A stretch of DNA of 54,622 nucleotides, filler included, from Sphacelaria rigidula (Eukaryota), in the NCBI GenBank assembly GCA_964200075.2. It is 5 parts of 5 records of this genome, joined end to end, with 100 filler letters (N's around TTAATTAATTAA, not from the genome) between each part and the next. Parts side by side here need not be neighbours in the genome. Positions count along the whole stretch, not along the records: positions 21,891 to 32,735 come from CAXNAA020005812.1; positions 32,836 to 43,679 come from CAXNAA020005813.1; 3 more parts are not named here. One strand, 5' to 3'. The notes beneath the pieces were generated by a model that worked only from the letters and a program-made list of their open reading frames with translations, was not told the origin of the DNA and made no database searches. Every line of letters starts with the position of its first letter. Positions within the stretch are counted from its first letter, which is position 1. The position numbers and the translations under genes are program-made. Shown here piece by piece: positions 25,543-38,144 of this stretch.

Positions 25543-26114
25543 GTGCGTCGGGATCGGGGAAAGGGCGTAAGCATGAGCGACTAGTGTGATTGTGGCGGGC
25601 GAGCGTTACTGCTGTAGTTTCGTTCTGAAGATGATTCCATCAAGGTGCTATATTGTAGTATAGCGTGGGTCTCGGGTCGCGTTGAATCGAGGAGTCTCGG
25701 CTGTTGTTCTGGTACGAAACGAAAAAAGGCCAGTTCAGGACCGAAAAGGTAGGTGTGAGGTCGTTGTTGCACTCTTGAAATAATGTACATTCTGGTTGTT
25801 ATATTCTGATGGCGCTCCAGGATGACATGAGCAAAGGATTTGTGGAACGATTGCTACACTTTACTTCACTATGCCATCGTTATTTTTGTACATGTTCCGC
25901 CGTTTGTGTTCCATTGACGAGAGTCGCTATGCCAATGTGCTGGTGCAGTACCGTCTGTGGTACGTTCATGCGCAGTGTTTCGGCATCGCCATGGATGCGG
26001 AGTTGTGGTAATTTTCACCGTCGGCGTCGTCTTAGTATTTATGCGTCTGCGTAACAGTCATATTTCAAGTGCTTCAAATGTATTTATATCGAGAACTCGA
26101 GTTCCCCCTCCTAG

Positions 26115-26460
26115 TGGAGAGTACTCACATGTTGGCAGAATGTGAATTATACAAGAAGGACGGGGTGTATTAGAGAGGGAAATGTGGGAACTAAACGAAT
26201 GTAATATGAAATCGTTTTGTACATCAGATGGTAGCGAGAAAACGATGGCTATACTAGTAAATAGATGGTGGTTACAGACGGCGAAACAGGAAAGGGATGA
26301 TATATATAAAAAGGGTTTTCGTTATCTATTGAGAAAACGTGATGAACCTCCAACTGTCGGAGGTTTCTCTATCAGAAGTAGGAACGGTGCTCCGTCTCGA
26401 AAGGGATGCGTGATCAATGATGAATGCCTGGGGTGAGCAACAAATGAGTGTCCCCCCCTC
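26115..26460 (+). mobile_element. 3'-end fragment of a LINE (same family as 28775-31350)
   Basis: Homologous to the reverse complement of 28775-28985 (GCTCCGTCTCGAAAG.GATGCGTG...CAACAAATGAG). A further short copy lies at ~50740-50815. Confidence 0.8.
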
Positions 26461-26782
26461 TAGTCTGCGGAAGCCATCTGTACTGTGACGGCCGCCTGAT
26501 GATTCAAGCCCTGGGAAGGCTATTATTCCCGCCTAGCATACTCAGCTTTACGTGCCTGTATGTTGGCGTTTTGGTCTTCGATAGCGACCAGACCATTTCG
26601 CGGTATCCGTTAGATTTGATCTTAAAGATGATGACCACCCGGTGTTCGATGACCAAATTTGATTCTCACGAAAAGGACCAAGGTATATTAACCACTAACG
26701 AGTAGTTAGCGTTCGCAATAACGACCCATGTGGCTGTTAGCAAATGTATCTATTTCCACGCCTTTGTTTCTCCCACCTTCAG

Positions 26783-26895
26783 CCTAACGACAGCGCTACT
26801 GGCGGCGTTGTACCCCGCAGATGATCACCAATCGATTGGCGGCGCAAGACCAAGGCACTAAGGAGCAACCACCCAAAAAGCAGAGGCTCTCGTGA
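26783..26895 (+). CDS. Candidate terminal exon of the SAP30BP-like gene
   Basis: A pyrimidine tract + cag at 26782 gives PNDSATGGVVPRR*; an alternative cag at 26820 gives MITNRLAAQDQGTKEQPPKKQRLS*. Both are phase 0. Confidence 0.35.
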
Positions 26896-27579
26896 CGATG
26901 ACCCTGACATCCAGAGGGACTCGACTTATTTTGGATCTCCTGGTGAAAATTTCAAGCTTGGGGCTTCAGGGTCTCTTGTAGGGTGGTGTACAAAATTGAG
27001 TGATGCTTCTTCACGGTGTCTTGGCTCATCACCCGTGCAGCCATAGTAGTCGGCTCGTTCCAGATTGCACCCGGGGAGGCCGATGTATCGTTCCTGGAGT
27101 GATGGCGCCGCTTGGGTACACGCTTTTGACGGTGAAGCTGTTGTGCATGTAGAAAAATTAACTTCGTGATATTGGGTACCATGAGGATAGAAATTTTGAT
27201 GTGAGGGGAAGGGAAGGGCAAATTTTGCCCCAAAATTGTATCGTCTTTTTCGTTGCAATCCATCGAGCGTGCGTGAATCGAAACTTGGCATGAGCCCCAC
27301 ATGTATCCGGAGTCACTAATGACAAAACAGCCCAAATCTGAGCAACCGTGGTTTACCAACATCCACGTATAGCCTGCTCGTGAGGGGTGGTCAGCGGCCA
27401 CATGGCTGTCTTCATCAAAAAGCACGGGCAAGCAATTTCTTTTACCTGGCGCAATATGTATTCAAGTGTGTGTCATGGGACAGGACAGCTTGATAGTTGC
27501 AGAACACTAGTAGTGGTACAACTGACAGTACCGCCACCTGCCGGCAGAACATTACACGCGTCGGACAACTCTTGAGTTA

Positions 27580-27945
27580 ACTCACTTATGCTGTATACCT
27601 CACCGGCCGAAAATATGCACGTCTGAGGTATCTTCTACAAGTCACCCGACCAGAATGTCCACCGCTGATTCATTTGCTATAACTCACCTGGCTAGAATGT
27701 GCACCACTGAGCTATCTTCAACAAGTCGCCCGGCCAGAATGTGCACCGCTGAGTTATCATCTATATCTCATACGGCCAGAATATGCACTACTGAGTAATT
27801 TTCTATATCTCGCCCGGCCAGAGTATGCACAGCTAAGTTATGCTATATAACCCACCGAATCGGAAGATGCACCGCTGAGTTACCTTACGTAACATACAGC
27901 GGAGTCATCGGAAAATGAGTTATGCAGTACAACTCACCCGACCGG
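27580..27945. repeat. 42-bp degenerate minisatellite, ~8 units
   Basis: Consensus approximately CTGAGTTATCTTCTATAACTCACCCGGCCAGAATGTGCACCG; unit starts at 27623, 27665, 27707, 27749, 27791, 27833, 27875; internal inverted repeat GAGTTAT...ATAACTC. Confidence 0.9.
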
Positions 27946-28014
27946 AAGCATATGGAACACAGCGCTCAACACTATTATTATAGTCATCGTGTCAATGGAA
28001 ATAAACGTGGGGCG

Positions 28015-28290
28015 CGCTGTGCAGGGTCCTTCACATTCTCCGTGAGAACCCTGCGGTGAGCCCTGTGTTGGAAGACAAACTCAGCTACCTCCTCCACCTT
28101 TCACTAGCATTTTTTTCGACACGCTGTGAGCAACCCTGTTGAGGCAGACGGATCGCACGCTGTAGAGGGTCTTCACGGTCTTTTGAAAACCCTGCGGTGA
28201 GCCCTTGTGTCGGAAACAAAGCAACCACCTCTCGTAGCTTTCTAGCAGCATTTTTTCGGCACCCTGTGAGCAGCCCTGTGGAGGTACGTC
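28015..28290. repeat. ~140-bp tandem duplication (2 units)
   Basis: AACCCTGCGGTGAGCCCT..TGT...TAGCATTTTTT.CG.CAC.CTGTGAGCA.CCCTGT occurs at ~28047 and ~28188. Confidence 0.8.
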
Positions 28291-28459
28291 TGCAAGCCCT
28301 GCGCAGCCGTGCCGGTGGTGTTTCTCTCAATTTTCCAGGGAATAATCTCCCGAAAATGTGAAAATCGATGTCTCAACCAAGCCAGGTAATAAATCAAGGT
28401 GATACTACTAATAAATTTCTCCGAAAATTTACCGTTGTTTTTGGGGGGGGAAAGGCTAG

Positions 28460-28461
<2 letters not shown>

Positions 28462-28493
<32 letters not shown>
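28462..28493. repeat. (AT)n microsatellite
   Basis: Perfect AT dinucleotide run. Confidence 0.95.
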
Positions 28494-28496
<3 letters not shown>

Positions 28497-28774
28497 GGGA
28501 CAAGTATATGAAAATGTGAAAACAAGTTGCTCTGTCATATAGCGCTACCGATGAGGCATTTCGTTTCGTTTTTTCGACTCTTCCCCCGAAGTAATCAGAT
28601 TTCTTTCCCAGTTTCTCCTAGAAAAAAACGATCGAAAAGTCCGACGTTCGCTTCTCGAAAAAACCTGCAGCCGGTCTCGAATTGATCTTTTCCCCACCCT
28701 GATTGAGAAATCCACTCGTACACATTCGGAAGTTTTGTTTTCGAAAAATTCGAATATTTCGGGAAGGAGGAGGA

Positions 28775-31350
28775 GGTGGGTGTGGGGGCGTGCTCATTTG
28801 TTGTTTGCCTTAGTCCTTAGACCATTGACCACGCATCTCTTTCGAGACGGAGCATCATCCCTGCTCCGAATAGACACCTCAAACATTTCTGTGCTCATTA
28901 CGTTTCTTCCGCATACATTGCGCAAAAACATTTTACACATCCTATCCCCTCCCTGTTTCGCCTTCTGTGGCTACCATCTACTATTTTTGCTCTTCTTGCA
29001 ATCCTTGTGGTGTTTCTGATATCTCCACGAAATCATCCGCGAACATCAATCCTGATACCATGCCTTCCCCCACCTTGGCTCCTTGCTTTGCTGCTTCTAT
29101 TGCTATTATCAGTTCATTGATGAATACTTCGAATCAAGTGGGTGATAACGTACATCCTTGTGCAACTCCTTGTTGTAAGATATCAAAATATCTCAATATT
29201 TCCCCGTATAGCATCATGGCACTGTTCGCACATTGTGTCATCTTCATCGTTCTCCACATCTTTCCTCTGATCCCAGCTTCGCACATCTTTTTCCACAACA
29301 CATTTCTCCACATATACTTTGCCACAGGTCTTTTGTGCATCCAGAAAGAAACAGTACGTTGTCAGCCCGGTGCTTTCCTACCTTGAATAATCTTATCGAA
29401 TATGTACACATTGTCCACGTAACTGTGGTTTGGTTTAAATCCTGCTTGCCCCTCGCTGATTTCTTCTCCCTTTTTCAGCATCGTTCCTACTGTATAATTC
29501 TGAATCTTACAGAATGTTTCCCTACCGTGCTCAGTAGCGTTATCCCTCTAACAGTGGATTCTCGAAAATGGGGTTGAAAAAAAATGAGGTTCAACTCGAA
29601 AGTCGTGCTTTCCCTTACCTAAATTCATGACAAATGACTTTCGTATGGACCACCCCATCCCTTCCGACCTTCCCAAAACTATTTCGGAGGATTTATAGCC
29701 TTCCATTCCCCCAAAGGGTATGTGCGAAAGCACATGTTTGCCTCGATTTCGGGGTGAAAAAGGTCGATTTTTGTCCCCAAAATCTTGCTTTCGCACATAC
29801 CCTTTGAGGGAATGGAAGGCTAGAAATCCCTCGAAATAGTTTTAGAGAGGTCGGGAGGGATGGGGTGGTTTTTTCAAATTTTGAATACGAGTCGAACCAC
29901 GACTTTATTCGTTCGAACCGCGAAAGGTAAGGGATATGTATCTGTGATTCAGGCTTATGAACGGAAGGTTTCGTACTACAGTTCTTTGTTGTCCGCTGTA
30001 GAGATCGTACAGTGCCACGTTGTGCTGTGCTGTGCCACGTTGTGCTGTGCTGTAAAGTCATTTGTCATGGATTTAGGTCAGGGAAAGCACGGCTTTTGAG
30101 TTGAACCTCATTTATTTTTTCAACCCCATTTTCGAGAATCCACTGTTCTCTATAATTCCCGGCCAGCCTTTTCTCCCTTCTTGACAAGGTTGACTACTAC
30201 TCCTTCTCACCTCTTGGGTGTGTACTCGTTTTCCCAGATCCAGTTATTATACAGTATGACTGTCATGGTAATCATTCCTTCTCCCCCGTACTTGAGAAAT
30301 TCATTCACTATGCTGTCTGCCCCTGCGGTCTTTCTGTTCTTGAGTTGAGCTACGTCCACACTCCTTTACTTCATCTCTGGTAAATTATCTCTGCAATTCG
30401 AAGGAGCCACTATTCTCCCGTTTTGAGGTCTCTACATTTGCCTCTGCCCACGCGTTGATTCGTTTTTCGAATTCCGTGTCGAACTCCGTGTTAGTTTTTT
30501 ATGTTCCCTAATTTACGGTAATGCTCTACTAGCATTTCTCTCTTCGCATTTTAAGTACTAGCTGCTCTATCATTCTGTGCCCGAAGTGTGGATATCCCCT
30601 TGTCTATCTTTCTTGCCTGGTTTCCCGTCATCCCTTTTATCCCTATTCACATTTGTGTCATACCGCCATCGAAATCTTCATTGGTTTTATTCGCGAAATC
30701 TTCCCAAACTCCCTTCTTTTTCTTCTCTACCATCTGCTTGACTTCCTTTCAAGCTTTATAAACTTCTCCCATCCTACCGTAGTCTTACTCGATATGCATC
30801 TCGCGTGGATCTCTCTCCTCACCTATATAGCCCGTTTTGCTTCCTCATCCCATATATGTATTACTGCTCTGTTGCGTATGATCAGTTTCTTTCCTATGAC
30901 TTCACTCGCTGTGTTCTTGACCAACTGCTCCCATCCTTCCATAATCTTCGCTCCTGCCCGATCCCTTTCCATTTCAGCATCAACTGTATCTACGCATTCC
31001 AACAGTTGGGAAAATTTCACTGCAGTTTTGGTCAACTCTTCCTGAACCTCTTGCTGTTTTTCTTCCATTTCTAGTTTATCGATTCTCCATTTGTACAACT
31101 TCCTTCCCGCCCATATATTTTACCTCTCGTATGTTGGCTTAATGTCCATATTAGGCAACGATCTGTAGTTCCCATGTCCTCTGCGCATACATATATTTCC
31201 ATGTATCTGCTATTTCCATGTTCTACCTCTATATAGTCAAGAACGGAGCGTTCTATCTCGTCTTTGCATTTTCTAGCCCATGTCCATTGCGCCCCTGCCT
31301 TTTGTGCTCTATATAATTACCCGAGTTGCAACATACGCTTCAGGCTGATT
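28775..31350 (-). mobile_element. Degenerate LINE (APE-RT type non-LTR retrotransposon), internally deleted, interrupted by a foldback element
   Basis: Fragments on - strand: RSVLDYI (endonuclease end), ADSIVNEFLKYGGEG, NYRGITLLST, GFKPNHS, YCFFLDAQK, GIRGKMWR, QGVAQGCTLSPT, LMFADDF; RT then joins directly to the 3' UTR. Confidence 0.9.
29550..30147. mobile_element. Foldback/MITE with ~90-bp TIRs and 4-bp TSD (CTCT) inserted in the LINE RT
   Basis: AACAGTGGATTCTCGAAAATGGGGTTG... / ...CAACCCCATTTTCGAGAATCCACTGTT. Removing the element plus one CTCT restores the NYRGITLL codons. A second internal inverted repeat spans ~29650-29732 / 29786-29868. Confidence 0.92.
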
Positions 31351-31559
31351 CGAGAGCTTCGCCCCCCCCGCCCCCCTTCCCAGAACAGACACATTATCTT
31401 GAGGACATATCTGAGAAAGACGGACCATTTGAAAAACGAACTAACCAGTCAAGAATGGGTTAGTCGCGTGTACGGGCTCGAGTAGGAGCCCCCTTGGACT
31501 TTCTAACGCCAAGGTGTAGAATCCGCTACAACTTCACTGCAGTCAACTCATCGGTAGAC

Positions 31560-32200
31560 ACCAAGCAGGTGGGGCTTGGCACACATTTTCGAAATTTCGA
31601 AAGCATGGTACGGCGAACGTGGTTTTCCTCGCGCGCGAGCTTTTCCCTCGTAATCGGCGCGTGTCACACGTTACCAGGTAACTTCATAAACACTTTCCGA
31701 AGCTGTCACGCGCATTTCGAGAGCATAAATCAAGACTCTTCCGTACAGAGCGGTGGTCGAGATGACCACCTGGTGTATCGAGATAGATGGCTGTCCGCAA
31801 ACACCAACTCTGGTCCACGGGAGCCCTTGTCCGGCAGGAGGAAACAAGCTTTCCTAAACGCGTCATGAAGAAACGGTTAACTGCACGAGGGTCCAGAGAG
31901 GCTGGCTGCCGCCCCAAACGGTGGGAGGAAAAAATCGAGGAGAACCTACATACACTACGTGCTGTTCCGCACAAAGGAGCACGACGGAAATAGTTCGTCT
32001 TCGATGTTGAGGTTAACGATCTATACGATTGGGTCGCTGCGGCGAAGAACATGGGAAAATGGCATAATGGAGTCGAGAAAGGAGCGACGGAAGAGTTTGA
32101 GGGCACGTGGCGACGCGAGATGACAAACAAGAATTGGTCCGCCGTCACCAACGAGAGGCTGCTGCGTCGGGAGCCGCCAGTCGAAGAATCCTGTCTGCTC
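31560..32200 (+). mobile_element. RTE-clade LINE, 3' coding fragment
   Basis: VRKHQLWSTGALVRQEETSFPKRVMKKRLTARGSREAGCRPKRWEEKI...DWVAAAKNMGKWHNGVEKGA matches the RTE post-RT pattern (RQLRWxGHLVR..RLPKRVM..G.R..GRP.KRW...W...A.....W...V..GA). Confidence 0.75.
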
Positions 32201-32599
32201 GTATCGGTTATTGATGATGTCCTTGCTCGGTGGCTCTGCGGTGCCGCATGGCGTATGTTGGCATCTGCTCTGCTGCCCTGAATTCTTCGGACTTCACCAC
32301 TTGTGTAGTTTCCTTCCCCTCTGCTCTCCCTTTTCCTCTTCTTTCTCCGTATATGTGTTCTTGCCTGCCCGTGTATGCCAGAGAACAGTGTGGTACCTCG
32401 CTTCATGGTGCTTTTTCATGGATGAGAGGGTCCACACCCCAAAGAGTGTGCGGTTGTAGTAGATCAGCCGCAATCTTTTCTTTTCCCCATGTCTTTCGTT
32501 TCCTCCGACCGGGTATAAGTGTGGTTTTGCGTAAGATCTTTCTGCCGAAGCCATGTGGCAGAGGTCGGCCATTTTGTTTTCCTCCTTCTCTTGCCATCT

Positions 32600-32735
32600 A
32601 CTTATTATTATCTTGCTTTGTCTCAGTCTACTCTGTTGTTCAGTTCTACCTCTTTCTGTTTTTTTTTTTTTCAGCGAGTGTTTCAGTTGTGTTTTGTCTC
32701 GGGTACGTCTATCATGTGACCACGGCTGGATCATG
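32600..32735 (+). repeat. Interspersed repeat, family B copy
   Basis: GCGAGTGTTTCAGTT...GTACGTCTAT..TG.GACCACGGCTG is the reverse-complement homolog of ~53955-54060. Confidence 0.75.
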
Positions 32736-32835
32736 NNNNNNNNNNNNNNNNNNNNNNNNNNNNNNNNNNNNNNNNNNNNTTAATTAATTAANNNNNNNNN
32801 NNNNNNNNNNNNNNNNNNNNNNNNNNNNNNNNNNN
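32736..32835. other. Artificial contig-joining linker
   Basis: Same N44-TTAATTAATTAA-N44 structure. Confidence 0.98.
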
Positions 32836-33462
32836 AGTATGAGGCGCTTCATGCACAGCCTGAACCCGAACATCAGGCGCTGTATGGCCATTTTTTTCGT
32901 GACACTTGTAGCTGGTTTAGGGGGGGGCTATCGTAGAAAGTGTCACTTGTACCTTGCTAGTTTACGTCGTACATCACCCTCTTATGAGACCCTTGGGCGA
33001 GCAGATTTTGTCAGCCCCCGATGGCATATCATCCGAGGGATATGTTGGGACACGTTCGATTCGCTATAGCTCGTACTTGACGCCCCGGCAACTTCTTGAG
33101 ATGAGGAGACTCAAATAGTACATGCTGCAAGTGCTGGGGGGTTTGTAGCATGTACAACACAACATGTTTGGCGAATCTGTACATTTCGATTGTAGGTTTT
33201 GCTATGAAAGGACGCGAAGAAAGTAACGCCGTTCAGTTTCCGTATAAATCACATGGATAACATCGGGGGACCTCAATGTAGGTCACGGCTGAATATGCAA
33301 AACATATACGTTCGCCACAGACCCCTTTTTTAGCACGATTCTTGTAGAATAATACCTGGTTCTGTCATATGTTGTATTCCATTATAGTGCGGTGTGTTGG
33401 TTGCGGGGTGTGTTCGAGTGGTGCCAAATGAGTGTGTCCCATTCAAAGCGGCATGAGTTCTT

Positions 33463-34657
33463 CACAGGCACCGTAGGTAAGGTACTGTACCAAGCGTACC
33501 GCCGGTATTTACCGGGGTATCCCATACCGTGGTATGCATAGGTATGGTAGGTATAAGTTTTGAAAATGCCGGATTGGGCGGGTACGGTAGGTATTGAAAT
33601 CTCGAAATACCGTGGTATCGTAGGTATCGTATGTATGAGTTTTGAAAATACCGGATTGGGCGGGTACGGTAGGTATTGAAATCTCGAAATGCCGTAGTAT
33701 CGTAGGTATCGTAGGTACTGTATGGCATTTGAAAATACCGGATTGGGTCGGTATCGGTAGGGTATGAGATGTCCCAAATACCGGTACCGGGTACCTGTAT
33801 CACCCTCTATACCAAATTCAAAACTGTCTTCTGGCAGTGCGAAGCACTTAAGTGCAGTAGTACGCAAGAATAGGGTTTGCCCCTCTATGTCTAGTTGTAT
33901 TTTTTCATTCAGAGCACCCGACAATCGCGCAGTATTTACGGTACATAAATATGGAAGGTGATTTCATTGGTATTTTGGCACATTGTTGTGTATTTTGTTT
34001 GCCTTCTGCGACCCCTTGTTTTTTTGTTTTTCCCCATTTTCGTTTGTTTCCCGCTTGTTTGCTTGCACGTGGAATATTTTTGCGTATCATGCTCATCTGA
34101 CATGGAACAATGTATACCTTCAAATGATTATCTAATATTCATACCCACGTACCAAATAATCAGAGAACATGGGAATAGTTCATTCGAATTGATCCAAACA
34201 CGCAATTTAGGGGGAATCTGGGTATTAATTACTTGTGAAAACAAGATGTGCCTACTGTGACAGCTTCTGGCCTCGGCGTGGGTTGGCACCAACTGCTGCA
34301 TCGTGGGGAGTGTATCGCGTTCGGGAAATACCGGGGGTATACCCGGTATTTACCGGGGTATCCCATACCGTGGAATCGTAGGTATCGTAGGTATGCGTTT
34401 TGAAAATACCGGATTGGGCGGGTACGGTAGGTATTGGAATATCGAAATACCGTGGTATCGTAGGTATCGTAGGTACTGTATGACATTTGAAAATACCGGA
34501 TTGGGCGGGTACGGTAGGTATTGAAATCTCGAAATACCGTGGTATCGTAGGTATCGTATGTATGAGTTTTGAAAATACCGGATTGGGTCGGTATCGATAG
34601 GGTATGAAATGTCCCAAATACCGGTACCGGGTACCTACCTTACCTACGGTGCCTGTG
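33463..34657. mobile_element. Non-autonomous hAT-like element with duplicated internal tandem-repeat blocks
   Basis: Perfect 22-bp TIR CACAGGCACCGTAGGTAAGGTA; 8-bp TSD GAGTTCTT / GAGTTCAT; two same-orientation ~300-bp blocks (33500-33795, 34340-34635), each made of 82-87-bp units. Confidence 0.92.
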
Positions 34658-37147
34658 GAGTTCATGTACAAAGCATGTAATGGGACAGCATGTTGGTCTG
34701 GGATGTTATATCCGCCTGACCTATCATCACTGTCGAAGATCCTGGGCAACTTTTGTGACGGATTTTTCGGGCCCTTGGATGCAACCTGTTGTGCTGAAGG
34801 TTTCCCCTTGACTAGCCAAGCAGCGAGCCTATTTCGAGATTAAAGCATGAAATACTAATGCTGTAGCTTGGGGGTGAATACTGGAATGAATAACACCATC
34901 AACTCATCGAGAGCTGCACGCGCAAAGAAAAAATGTCCGCATTTTGCAGTTTGTTTCTGTCGAAACAATCTCACGTCGTTGTGTATTCGTCACGGTCTTC
35001 TTCCCCAAACTGCACTTTTATAACTTCGGGTTAGTATTGGTCCAATCTTGAGCGTCAAACGCTCCCGGCGAAGGATGCGATAAATGTCAGAGCAAATACG
35101 TTTATCTGACCCTGCTTGACCTTTCGAATGTCTCTTGTAAGCGGCTAGTGTTTTCGAAAGATCCATGACGGAAATGTTTGCATTACCACATTTTTCGTTG
35201 ATGCAGGTTGATGCTCAAGTAGACGCCTGCTTTGTGAGGAAATGCCCGGAACTATTGTACAAGTTTCACCTGGGTTAAGGCTAGGATCCTTATTCTTTTT
35301 CATAATTGTTTGTTCACATTTGCTGTTGAATCAACGAATCCCGTCGGTCATTTTAGGGAACATATAATACGCATATTTTGGCACAAATACACATCCTTCT
35401 ATCCAATGACTGCAGAACAATACTACCACCAGTACCACGTTCGTTGAGTTTGGGTATAATATTTCCAAGGGTGGAGATTCAGCCTCGCCCCGTGTTGTTG
35501 ATCTTTCTCCGTAGTCCTAACACTGAAAACAAGTACTTATGACTCTGCCCTCAAGTCCAGTAAGCAGCACACTCCATACTAAGATCAAGGAATGATTATA
35601 CTCCACACTCAATTCATGTAGCCAGTGCACAGCACACTGAAATGAAGTACTGACTACATGTCTGCCCCTGGATCCCAACTCACCCTCTCCTTTTTTCATA
35701 TTATGAGCGATTTCGGCGTGTGTTTTTTAGGAAGAAACTGACCTACGCCATAGTAACCTGTACTTTATTAAGAAAAAGGGCACATTCCAGTTGTCGTTTA
35801 CACCACACAAATTACCAGGTAAACTGAACATATGGTCTAGCCGACACTACAGGATGAGTGCGTTTTTCCACTAGTTTTTACAGAAAATTCAGCCAACCTG
35901 ATGTGTAATTGTTCACGCTTACCTACATCCAAGCCCTCGCTTTCTGTGGTGCATACATGAATTGTTGTCTCATCTATGACTTTAATACGAGCAGAGTATT
36001 ATAGCGATATCACAAGTATGATGGGCGTCCGCAGCAAGCTATATCATGTTATACATAGCCGCGAACGCAGATATTTTCCTATACTGTGTCATGAGGTGGG
36101 TTAGCAGCGACGAAAGTGCATCACCCGGCAACTTCCGAGGCGTAGTGTTTCTTCATTTGATAAACGAGTACTAAAGGCACCATTCGGGCGACGAGCAATT
36201 TCCTTCGAAACAGTCTGCGAGTATTGTCTGTCCAGTGTTTCAGAGCGTATAGTTCACCTACCACAGTGTTATTGATGGCTGACGATGGTATTCAAGCAAT
36301 TGTTTCCTGTGATACGATGCGTTTCATTCCGATATGGTGTCTTCTACAAGCATATTTTCCGTGGCTGGAAATCATCAACGTTTGGCGTCTGGGACGGTGG
36401 AATTTTTAGTCTGCCTGTACCATTCGCTGCAGTAGACAAGATGATGAAAAATCTTGCAGTTACTGTGTCTTGACGGACGGGTGCATGCCGTGGGGTAATA
36501 ATCCTCATGAAATCGCTTCGAGGGGGGCCCATGTCATTTTGTCAGGTATCGGTATATCCACCCCCATTGATCTTCTATCGTACTACCTTCTTTTTTATGT
36601 AGAGTGCCTCCACCAGCCTTTGATTCCAGGCTGATTCACGGTGCCTGCTGGCCGTATAGTTTGCCGCATGGAGAACTTGACATGCACGGGTGATGTTCAA
36701 CATGAATAATTCGCCAGCTGAAACGCACACTTGACCCTAGACCTCTTGTATCTTCGTGCATGCAGCCTTTAGTGTGCGGTACTAATGTGCGACAGCATGA
36801 GGCAAGCAATACACCACGAACGGCGAAATCCTTGTCCGTTGCACAGAGTGCGCTACCTTCGGAATCGGCGTCGTCTGAACTTCTATTTATCATACACAAA
36901 GGTGGAAGATGACGCTGAATTCGCAAAAAAATCTCCGTATTATAATTATCGCGACCTGTAATCTTCCAGATATCAGTTGCTCCCTGGAGATCTAAACTGC
37001 GTGCGCAAATCCTTCCACAGAGATCCCTCAAATAGTTTTGGGACAATCGCATGTATATGCCATGCTCCAAGATCCAACACTAATGACGTACTGCTCACAG
37101 AAATATCAATCGACACTTGCTTCGTGTGAACGATTGAATCTTGCCAG

Positions 37148-37315
37148 GTGACGGACTGGACAAATACAATTGTCGACAATTGTCTCAAGGAGCTACAGTC
37201 ACTCAACAAGCCGTATAAGTACATCATCACATCAATCATCATGCAGAAAAACGGAGCCGGGGTCAACACATGCGCGTCGATGGTGTGGGATCCGTCAAAA
37301 GACAATTATTGCCAG
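37148..37315 (+). CDS. DYNLT1: Dynein light chain Tctex-type, internal exon
   Basis: cag|...|gtgaac boundaries, 168 nt, phase 0/0; VTDWTNTIVDNCLKELQSLNKPYKYIITSIIMQKNGAGVNTCASMVWDPSKDNYCQ is the Tctex-1 signature. Confidence 0.93.
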
Positions 37316-38054
37316 GTGAACAGACTGAGGAGAGTCGCTACCGACGCCAGCGGGCGGAAGGTACACACACAGATTAACGGAAATTACGCGCACCGCAAGT
37401 GCAATCAATTGAAGAAGGGGCACACAGGGTGGCGCGACTACCGCAAAGATCGGGTGCGGTTCGTTTTGCAAGAATTGCGCTCGACTGATCTTACATGTCA
37501 TGATTTCCGGACATCATCCAAGAATGTTAGTGTTGTCGCATCGTGCAGCAATCCCGGAGCTACTCGCTTGTTGAGTTCATGGGACAACGTTTGCTTTGCG
37601 GTCCTTCCAAAAGCGATAGACGCATAGTGCAGTGCCAATTACTTTTACCTCTGCATACGTTTTTACATTCGTACGAGATACATACGCTCCCCTCCTTGCC
37701 CTCGACCTCCTGGTTGTCCGTTGACTTCAATCTGCACTGAACACGTGATCCACCGCACGCAGAATACGAGTGCAGAGTGGCACAGTGAAGGAGCCCAAAA
37801 CGCCACTTCACTGACGCGCTTCTGAGTTCCTCGAATTCCTTGAAGCAGCCGACGAAATCAAAGCTGACTGTGATCGGTAGCCCGTGCAAGCACCTCCCCT
37901 CTTTCGACGTGGGGTCCTTCTCTGATAACAAGTCACACTGCCTGACCGTCTGTCCGCCATCAATATTTGCGTGCTCATGCAGTGGCTGCCCCTATCACTA
38001 GCCACGTCAGAAACGCGACTCCCTGCACTTCCCTCGGTTACATTTATGCATCAG

Positions 38055-38144
38055 GTGCCCTGGGAAAACCAAAACATGCACTGTATCGTCACGGTGTTTG
38101 GCTGTGCTGTTCACATCGATAACGCCAACGAGATGGAGGCGTGA
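38055..38144 (+). CDS. DYNLT1: Dynein light chain Tctex-type, terminal exon
   Basis: cag| acceptor, phase 0; VPWENQNMHCIVTVFGCAVHIDNANEMEA* matches the Tctex-1 C-terminus (WENxxMxCIVTVFG). The first exon was not located. Confidence 0.93.
   Translation: MPWENQNMHCIVTVFGCAVHIDNANEMEA

Noticed and set aside
33382-34749. ORFs with repeated YRTRPIRYFQ / IPTVPAQSGIFK peptides
   Set aside because: Translations of the MITE's tandem repeats, with frame-shifting unit lengths.
37316-37627. C-terminal part of the 159-aa ORF as an extended Tctex1
   Set aside because: Intron read-through; the true continuation is the exon at 38055.
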